DNA of 57,345 nucleotides, filler included, from Sphacelaria rigidula (Eukaryota), in the NCBI GenBank assembly GCA_964200075.2. It is 6 parts of 6 records of this genome, joined end to end, with 100 filler letters (N's around TTAATTAATTAA, not from the genome) between each part and the next. Parts side by side here need not be neighbours in the genome. Positions count along the whole stretch, not along the records: positions 47,873 to 57,345 come from CAXNAA020008410.1; 5 more parts are not named here. The stretch is one strand, 5' to 3'. The stretch's first letter is position 1. Every line of letters begins with the position of its first letter. Both the position numbers and the translations under genes were made by a program. Shown here piece after piece: positions 48,699 to 57,345 of the stretch. Below the pieces are notes generated by a model, which was given only the letters and a program-made list of their open reading frames with translations, did not search any database and had not been told where the DNA came from.

Positions 48699-48769
48699 GC
48701 AAGCAAAATAAAGCAAGCGGGGACCACGGGTTTGAGGCAGGGGGCTAATGTGCAGAAATACGAATAGTA

Positions 48770-48885
48770 GTGGTAGTAGTAACGATGATGATGATAATGA
48801 TCGTAATGAGAATGATGAAAATATTAAGAATCAAGAAGATGATGATGATGATAATGATGATAATAGTGATTGGGATGATAATAAA
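48770..48885. repeat. Degenerate (GAT/AAT)n microsatellite
   Basis: Direct inspection. Confidence 0.85.
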
Positions 48886-50618
48886 TGAAAAAATACGAAG
48901 CAATGGCGGCCTGATTTTGTGGTGGGACAGAATTTTCGTGGAAACTTCGAGTCAGATCGCTCCATTCTACTTGGGAATTGCCATGAGAGGAGACCAAAAA
49001 CTAGTGTTCGTGCGGTCTAATCTCACGGCCAGTGACGCCCTCACTCACATGTTTCAACAGAACACAGTACAGTACAGTACACTGCCTCAACGCACATCAC
49101 TAGCCGGAGTGTTGCATCAGCGGGCAGCGCCTTGTCCATTTTACGGAAGACGGAACAGCCAACACACCATTAAATTTCCAACAGTGTGCAACTGGCACTG
49201 CTTGCCGATTATCATTAGTTTTTGCAGAGACGAACACAACGACAATATCGCAGCTCAGGCGATCCAAACCGTTTCCGCAATGCATAAACACACCACAGTA
49301 CAACGACAGCTCCAACACCTTGAAGAGGGCGTAAGTGTGTTTTTGCTGCGGTACAGTGAAACAGGACGTGTCCCATGTTTTAATACTTCGCCTGATATTG
49401 AACAGGTCGTGAGTTTTGGGCGCTCGGCCATCGTCGCCCTTCTTTCGAAATTAGTACTGGGCGCCTGAACTATTTTTTTGTTCAGAAGGGTTTTTTCTCG
49501 CAACTACTCTTGGGTAGAACTCAACGTGCCACCGTCGGTAGATTTTGGTACAATGATCAGATCGTCTTCCCCCCCCCCCCTCCCCCCAGTGCCCAAGTTT
49601 AGTGTCGGTTCGATTTATCGGGCGATACGAGTAGATACCCCGTCTATCAGGAGGGTGTTATTGACTGTGGAATACAGATTTTCGGCACTAGTGCAATGGG
49701 AGGTAGAGTTTGAAAAAACAAACCTGTATATTTGTTCACAAACACGATCGAGCAGGCTTGATCGACCGAAAATGTCAAAGGATCGGAATCTGGACTGAAA
49801 CTTGTCAGGACCTCCGATGACCAGTCAGCCCGTAAGTCACTCGATATTGAGTACAGATGATTTTTTTTCTTGGAATGTGGAGCGGATAAAATCATCATCA
49901 GATCCTCCTTGTGAGCCTCAGAAAATCGCCAAATAGGAAGAAATTACAAAATGAACAGTTCAGGCGCCCCACCACTGTAACATTGAGTAACCCCTAGCTA
50001 TGTGTGGGACGTATGGCTTGTGTTGCGGGCTTCGCCCGCCATTCCAGTCAAGTTAAGTCTGTCCCGGTACATCTTCGGTCTGCCAAAATAGTAAAATATC
50101 AATAGTAGCAGGCGCAATGTTGAGCCTTGACGGAGAGTGCACGCGGCGCAAATTCTACGCGCAAGCGATTACGATGATTTCGTGATTTGGGAGCTACTCT
50201 TTTACTCTCCGCTTGAAGAATTGGTTTATGCACCAGGCCGGGCTCGTCAAAGACAAAGCGTACTCCCGCCTACTCCTCCTCATGTACGCACTGCATATCT
50301 TCCCTGGTCTTTGAGTGGCGTTGCGTTTCGGGGGCTGTGGCCTGTATGCTGGGGTGTGTGTTGATCTTGATCTTGTCTGGGGAGCATTTTCAGGTGTGGT
50401 TTCGAACATGCTTATCATGATTTACACCTGGCCTATTTCAATGTACATGGAGGCCGCTTCCTAATATATTTCGATTGATGAATAAGTATAATTTTTCGCC
50501 CCAAGAAGAAGGCTAGGCAAATTTCGACACCTAGGAATTACTTGCTCCTCTCGCTTGAGGGGAGTTGTGGGACATGTTTGTACCGCGCTTGTTGTTTTCA
50601 CACCCTGAACGAAAGATT

Positions 50619-51191
50619 CAAGGTTGTGTTCCGTAGGGTACGGTTTTCTGTATACCCGGGGTATTTCGCCGGGTATTCGCCGTACCCGACAGTTCTGGAC
50701 TTCTGTAGGACTTTCATACCGGTACCCGACAGTTCTGTAATCTCTGTAAGACTTTCATACCCTTACCCGATAGTTATGTAATCTCTGTAAGACTCCCATA
50801 CCGTTACCGGGGGGCACGGGTACGCTCTTGATGAGATACCTGATTGCGGGCACGGTTTTCTGTGCAACCTCCATACCCTACCCGATAGTTTCCGTGAGTT
50901 CTGTAAGCCTCCCATACCCTTACCCGACAGTTATCTGAGTTCTGTACAGAATGTTTACCCGTACCCGGAGCGTGGGTATGCTCTCGAAGAAATACCCGAT
51001 TGCCGGTACCGGTTTTCTGTAAGCCTCCTATACCGTACCCGACAAGTGCTGTAATTTCTGTAAGACTTCCATCCAGTACCGGTACCCGATAGTCCTGTGA
51101 GCTCTGTAAGTCTCCCATACCCCTACCCGGGGTTCGGGTATACCGCCATAGATATACCCGATTGCAGGTACGAGCGCAGGTATATACCTTG
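50619..51191 (+). mobile_element. hAT-like TACCCG element
   Basis: CAAGGTTGTGTTCCGTAGGGTACG..ACCTTG; 8-bp flanks GAAAGATT/GAAAGGTA (6/8). Confidence 0.85.
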
Positions 51192-51781
51192 GAAAGGTAC
51201 GGATATAGGTTCAATCCAAACACAACCTCATGACCTGAACATGTACCTCCCATCGATCAAGCCACCCGACTCCTTCATTCAAAACTGCACACCAATAATG
51301 ATTCAAAGTTGAAAAGTTCTTAAGTTTGGGATCTGACGGGAAACGAGGTACCGCTGAGTGGGAACACGAAACATGATCAGCCCTGCAGACCGTCAGGATC
51401 AATCACCCCCAGAGGATCAAGTAGCACGACGCACGTCATCGACGTTGATGGTGATTGTGTCGTGGTCATCGAACCCAAGGCCGTTATCCTCATGTACAGC
51501 ACAGGGTATATGAGCTGCCACCGAAAGTCGTCAAGGCCGGCGGCGATTTTGTCGCGTGCCGAAGGCTTCCAGAGAATGGGCAGCCGTGAGTGCTCCTTCA
51601 TGTACTCTCTGGGAGTGTACGTGACGCCGATAGATGTTGACAATCCATGTACTACTGCGATTGTTCGTGTAGTCTTTCTCTAGCAACCCCGTCAAAGCCG
51701 TTCAGAGTTTTCGTGAACTGTCATCTGTATTTCGCCACTGTTGTAGTGACGTAGGTCCCACCACACGGGTGGTGATGATAC

Positions 51782-51923
51782 CAAGATCGTGTTCTGTAGG
51801 GTACTGTTTTGTGTATACCCGGAGTATTTTGACGGGTATATACCGTACCCGACAGTTTTGTAAGTTCTGTACGGAATCTCATACCCTACAAAACGTACCC
51901 GTACCTTACAGAATACAACCTTG
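51782..51923 (+). mobile_element. Short (142-bp) internally deleted copy of the TACCCG element with both TIRs
   Basis: CAAGATCGTGTTCTGTAGGGTAC..GTACCTTACAGAATACAACCTTG. Confidence 0.85.
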
Positions 51924-52121
51924 GAAATATTCTATTGTAAAAGAATGTACTGGGTACAGTAGTATGAAATCTATTGTCTGTTGCCATAGGCGCAACAGTC
52001 GACACTGTACGCAGTACACTTTTTGACTGTATTCTTTTGGCCAGGGTATGATCGTTTTTCATTTTTATGGAGAACATGCACTCATCATTTCATCCGACAC
52101 CTTATCCCACAGTCATGATGA

Positions 52122-52122
<1 letters not shown>

Positions 52123-52183
<61 letters not shown>
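52123..52183. repeat. (CTA)n microsatellite, intronic
   Basis: Direct inspection. Confidence 0.95.
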
Positions 52184-52184
<1 letters not shown>

Positions 52185-52375
52185 CACTGCTACGGTCATG
52201 AAGGACGTGAATTCAACGTTTCATCCCATACTTTTGATGACGATACTACTGCTACTATTAACAGTCAGTAATGATAATAAAAACACAAGTGATGGCAGTA
52301 ATACAATTAACGATGATGACACTGCTAATGTTGAGACACAACGCACGATAATACCCCAAACACCCAAAAAAACAG

Positions 52376-52571
52376 AGACGAAGAAAGCCCTTCGACAAGA
52401 ATTCCTCGAGACCGACACCCCTCCGGACCAGACCATCGTGGGTTACCAGCGGAGAATGCTGCGCACCCTCGGCTTCGACCCCGAGCACGGCGTGGCCTGC
52501 CTTAACTCGTTCGCGCAGGATTACCCAGATGACGAAAAGCTCCAGCAGCGTCTCCAACAATTCATGCGGTG
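52376..52571 (+). CDS. Next exon of the helical protein (ETKKALRQEFLETDTPPDQTIVGYQRRMLRTLGFDPEHGVACLNSFAQDYPDDEKLQQRLQQFMR); loosely protein C10-like
   Basis: AACAG acceptor; phase 1 completes G|AG = Glu; TG|GTGAG donor; strong coding bias. Confidence 0.8.
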
Positions 52572-52688
52572 GTGAGAGAGGTCTTTGAGTTTTTCTCGGC
52601 GGATAGATGACGGGGAAAGAAGGAAACCTTGCATATACTTGTCCATGGAAATAGACCAAGTTCTGCGATTATGCACGTTCAGTTTTTC

Positions 52689-53065
52689 CAAGGTTGTGTT
52701 CTGTAGGGTACGATTTTTTTGTATACCCGGGGAATTTACTCTCAATATTACCCGTACCGACCGTTCTAGGAGTTCTGTAAGCCTCTCATACCCGTACGCC
52801 CATACTGTGAGTTCTGTAACACCCCCATACTTGTACCCGATGGTTCTGAGATCTGTACGAAATGTTTACCCTTACCCGGGGCATGGGTATACCCTTGGAG
52901 ATATACCCGGTTTCGAGTAAGGGTTTCTGTACAACCTCCATACCGTACCGGACAGGTATTGTAAGTTTTGCAAGACTTCCATACCGGTACCCGACGGTTC
53001 TGTACGTTCTGCAAGAAATCCCATAACCTACCTAAAATACCCGAACGCTACGCAACCCGACCTTG
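52689..53065 (+). mobile_element. hAT-like TACCCG element
   Basis: CAAGGTTGTGTTCTGTAGGGTACG..GACCTTG. Confidence 0.85.
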
Positions 53066-53189
53066 GAATTTTCCCCCTCTTCAACGGTCCACAGAGGAAT
53101 GCTTGGCGGAAAATAAGCAACAAAACCAAACCCAAACTCAACTGTGCGCAAAAACCATCATGTATCGAAGCATGGTTTCGGAATGGTCC

Positions 53190-53573
53190 AGCGTCATGTT
53201 TTTCTGTAGGGTACGATTTTTTGTATACTCGGGGCGTTTACCCCCGTATTACCCGTACCCGGCAGGTTTCGTGGGTTCTGTACGCTTCCCTTACCCATAC
53301 CCGATACTTCAGTGAGTTCTGCAAGTCTACCATACCGGTAACCGATAGTTCTGCATGATCTGCACGACTTTTTTACCCTTATCCGGGGCACGGGTATACC
53401 CTTTGAAATGTACCCGGTTGCGGGTGGGAGTTTCTCTACAACCTCTTTACCGGTACCCGGCAGGTTCTGTATGTTCTGTCAGACTTCCGTACCGGTACCC
53501 GACAGTTCCGTGAGCACTGTAACAAATCTCATACCCTACGGAATATGCTCATGCCCTACAGAGCACAACCTTG
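53190..53573 (+). mobile_element. hAT-like TACCCG element
   Basis: TTCTGTAGGGTACGATTTT..CCCTACAGAGCACAACCTTG. Confidence 0.85.
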
Positions 53574-54009
53574 GGGTGTTCCAACTTTTTTTTTCCTTCT
53601 TTACACTTGACACTGAAGGCCTCTCTCTCTTCCTCCGTATGCACGTGCCTTGGAAACGTTCGGAAGAATGAGCGCTCGTGTCGTGAAGTTGAGATGAAAA
53701 ACACGCACATAAATACCACAAGGCATAACTAGCATCGGAAGCTACAAGGTTGCTGACGGAGGAGAAGCCACGTGGCACAAGAGACAAAATAGTTGTCGTC
53801 AACCTCACTCATTGCCCTCGAGAATTTCCGTTAGTTGATCATACTTTTGAGTAGGTGAATAGTGAGCGAGTACCTGGTTCGCTCGAGGTAAAAAGATAGG
53901 ATAGGACGAGCACCTACTAGCAACCGCTTTCTCGCACTGAGCACATGCGAAGCACGGGTGTGGCAGCACAGACCGTTCCTGAAGCTGCGTATTGTACGCA
54001 CGTGCTGTT

Positions 54010-54350
54010 TTTTGTATAAACGTGTGTTGTATTGGCGTGTGTTGTATTGGCGTGTGTTGTATTGGCGTGTGTTGGACAAACGTTTGTTGTACCAACGGGC
54101 GTTGTACGACCGTGTGTCGTATGAACGTATGGTCTACGGACGGGTGTACTATGAGTGTGTGTTGTATGAGCGTGCGCTTTACGAACGGGTGTTCTACGAA
54201 CGTGCCTTCTACAAACGGGTGTTCTACAAACTGGTGTTCTACGAATGTGTTCCGCAAAAAAACTCGTTGGCACAAAAAACGTTTTGCACCAAAAATATGT
54301 CGCAGAAAAAACGTTTTGCACAAAAAACATGTTGCACACAAAACGTGCTC
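54010..54350. repeat. 15-bp degenerate minisatellite grading into 16-17-bp A-rich units
   Basis: GTGTTGTATTGGCGT x3, then GTGTTCTAC(G/A)AACGG variants, then AAAAAACGTTTTGCAC variants. Confidence 0.9.
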
Positions 54351-56540
54351 TGCGACGTACAGACAAGCACGCTACCGCCGCTATGTTGACACTTGTGTTT
54401 TTGATCTGTCCTGCCGCAGATGTGCAAATATCTAACCTTATAGCCGAATCTTTTGTCTCTAGTCCGTCGCCATCGGGAATACGCTGGTAATTTGCTAATT
54501 ATAATCATATAATTATCATCTGCTGGGCTTTGAAGTGAGCTAGTTGCTGTGTCTTGTGTCTTGGTTGGTTTTTATTCAAGCGCCCTTTACCGCTGTGTTG
54601 CGTGTACCTGCGATCTATTCTCTCTCTTGTTTTTTTGCGGGGCATTTTTTTTTCTTTCCCGCGGGCGCACGTGTGCTGCAGCGCTAGCATGGGTCGTCAA
54701 GAGGCGGTATTAGGAAGGGAGGAGATGACAAAGAGGATGCAAAGCCAACAGGTGAGATGAAATACGCTGTACGCTTACAAGGATGGAAAGTTTCGTATAT
54801 GTTTGATTTGCTGTGATTATACGATGGTTTTCTATATTTTATATCGATGTTTATATAGGCTTGTATATCGATAGGGTTTAACGATGCCATCGCTATACAT
54901 CGGCGAACCTACATTTATACCGCGATAGCGACTGCGCCCCGATGGTGCAATTTGTACCGAAACTGGTGGGGTCAGGAGAATGCGCGCTCGAATCCAAACA
55001 GATCCTTTTAATTCTTTTGTCAGAAAATCATCTGATTTCCGCCTTTCAAGACGTGAGGTAGTAGCGAGTGAACATGTATTCGTCAAGAATTGACGCGTTA
55101 GAGGAGTACTCGTCCAATTTCGCGATACCAAAGTATGGGGCGTGTGCCGCGGGAGAGATGCATTGACCCATATTGAGACGACAGAATGCGCGTCCGGACG
55201 GCGTGGAGGGTTGAAGGTGTGCCAAATATACACACGCGTTTTTCATCGATTAAGCGAGTCATTGGTTGATTTAGTATCGCACTTAAACTGACCCCCCAGG
55301 GGTGCAGCCGTGGTCACAGGATAGACGTCCCCAACGGAAAAAAAACTGAAACACTCGCTGAAGAAAAAAGAAGAAACAAAAGAGGTGATCACACACACAC
55401 ACACACACACACATGCCCCGGTCCCGTCCGTCTTTTTCGAGGGTCTCGATATTCTTACCTTGCCAAGCCCTTGTGAGAATAGATCTTCTCTCGAAATGTT
55501 CATCTTGCATGTAAAACAACAATACACGTAAACTCCTCCAGGATTACGGGTATGAACGATGAGCAAAAGTGGGTATCTAAGACAATAGAGCGGGTGGTTC
55601 TAAACGGTCCTCGCGCAGACGGTTCCTTCACTGTTACTGTTGGACCCAAGTCATGAAAATACACAGTCAAAACTCTTTCGATTTTCTACTTCAGCAGCAG
55701 CGGTGAACGTCGAACGGAGACGCATGCTTGTTCCAATCTGACAAGCATCTTGTAGTTAGTTTACAACAGTACATCTTCGACTTGACCGAGGCGGTGGCGA
55801 TCTCCGGAAGAAGAACTCATGCATGGCACAGGAGGATATATGTACAAAAAAACGTTCAGAAGAAGGCGCAGTCGCGCGATATAGAATTTGCACCCATCTA
55901 TGTTTATATTAGGATTCAAAGTGCTGCTAGACTACCTTCCTGCATGCGGTAATTGACGTTAATTTGGAGATTTTGATCTCTGGGGATCGTCCTTGCACCT
56001 GTTCGAGCTCCCCGCCCCCCCTCTGTTTAGTCAGCGCACATCGATATGAAGCGAGCGTTTCGGAGAGAACACGGGCAGCAATGCGCAGCAACTCCGCGTC
56101 GTGAGCTCCGTCGAATTTTCCGCGCGTCCGTCCGGGAAACGGGGAGAGCTCCGCAAGCCCCGCGGAATTTTCCAAAGAATATGCAGTTTAAATAAATATG
56201 TTTCATGTCTGGCTGAGCTGCTCGCTCCACCATTTCGAGGCACGCTGACCATAACACACCACAGCGTCGCGAGCTCGGGTGAATTTTCCGCGAGTGTACT
56301 GCAGTTCAACATGCTGGCATGAGCGCTCGCACCCGGATAAGATCGCACAACGTTATTGCCTTGGAGCGCTGTACTGTACAGCACTATGCACTGCTTCTTG
56401 TGAGATCTTGCGAGATGGGTGTTTGTGGTGTGTTGTACTTTGGAACAGTGGCGCCCTCTATTGTAAACAAATCATGTTAGATGGTTGAGGTTTGTCGGCA
56501 ACTTGATCGGAATTTTCCAAGAAATATGTATACAGATTAA

Positions 56541-56640
56541 CCCTTAGACCGGGAGGTTAGTCTTCTGTTGAATCGGCATCAATTTCAAGTGAAGAAAAAA
56601 GTATGCATGATCCAGAACGACCAACCTCGCGGTCTAAGGC
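56541..56640. mobile_element. Third copy of the ~99-bp piggyBac-like MITE, right end mutated
   Basis: TTAA|CCCTTAGACCGGGAGGTTAGTC..CCAACCTCGCGGTCTAAGGC|CAA. Confidence 0.85.
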
Positions 56641-57012
56641 CAACTCTTATGGGAGCCGTTCAAAAAAAATTCTTCAAGAATTTCAAACGCGTTTTTGTTC
56701 CGCCACGATTCTGAACCGGGGTCAAAATGGACACTATTATGGCCAAAAATTTGGGGTTGTACATGGATATTTAATTTGGCGTAACCTAGGAGGTGTGCAT
56801 CTCTACAACAGTACCCCAATAAGATATATATCAGAAGGCGGCATTTTGACGAAACAAGGAAGGTGATGATAATTTCGTGATACAGGTACATACTGTAGTG
56901 ATGGTGACGTGACGGTTCACAAATTCATTTTCACGAGAAATCACACGCCGTTCCAATGTAGGGGGAAAGACGAGTGATGTCATGAAAAGAGCACACGAAT
57001 AGACCAGCGACC

Positions 57013-57296
57013 TCAGGCGGGGCGGCAATCACGTGCAAGGGTGTATGGGCATTGTCGCGGGTCGAAATGCGGACGGCCTCCCGCTCGAGAAGGAGAAAAA
57101 GCAATAGCAACAGCAGCAGCAGCAGCAGCAGCAGCGTTACTACCAGTGGATATATACGGCTGTAGGTGGGTTTGAATCAGCCGGTGCCGATACTGCTGCT
57201 GTTGCTGTTCTTCCTCGGGCGAGAGACGGTCCGCGTTTTGATGATGCGACAACGCCCACGCACGTTGCCCGTGATGGCCGCCGTGCTGGAAAGCGC
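57013..57296 (-). CDS. Possible low-complexity exon with poly-Q and poly-A tracts
   Basis: Open frame AFQHGGHHGQR..SPEEEQQQQQYRHR..AAAAAAAAV.. following a CTAG acceptor candidate; no domain recognised. Confidence 0.35.
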
Positions 57297-57345
57297 TAGT
57301 AACAGTGTTTTCGTGAGATTGAGAGTAGATGATACGATCGAGAGT

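Noticed and set aside
48770..49468. 232-aa ORF starting with poly-Met/Ile
   Set aside because: Microsatellite-driven, lies in the predicted intron and has no coding bias.
52048..52375. N-terminal part of the 175-aa ORF with poly-Thr
   Set aside because: Intronic (CTA)n and AT-rich sequence in frame by chance; coding bias starts only at the 52376 acceptor.

Overview
Eukaryotic, repeat-rich, intron-containing DNA, most likely from a brown alga (Phaeophyceae); this is inferred from an Ectocarpus-type LRR-cap exon and the exon/intron style. The window is not one locus. It is six segments of 9475, 9475, 9474, 9474, 9474 and 9473 bp joined by identical 100-bp N/TTAATTAATTAA/N linkers, i.e. unplaced contigs concatenated in size order. 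Adjacency across linkers therefore means nothing. Content: (i) decayed LINEs (APE endonuclease, RT and C-terminal Cys/His fragments) carrying nested insertions with readable target-site duplications; (ii) many non-autonomous DNA elements, including piggyBac-like TTAA MITEs, GAG..CTC MITEs with 4-bp TSDs (Sola2-like), hAT-like TACCCG elements, a CAC..GTG element and long foldbacks; (iii) heavily decayed remnants resembling a PIF1 helicase, a hAT transposase and a Sola2-like transposase; (iv) a few credible host exons: a 3-exon coiled-coil gene, an LRR N-cap exon, a Cys-rich symmetric exon and two exons of a helical protein joined by a GC-AG intron. Nearly all six-frame ORFs are spurious. I found no intact, complete novel multi-gene system. 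The best leads are the Sola2-like MITE family with a possible cognate transposase relic, the GC-AG spliced genes, the symmetric phase-1 exons and the long hairpins. Family assignments come from motif recognition by eye and need database confirmation.
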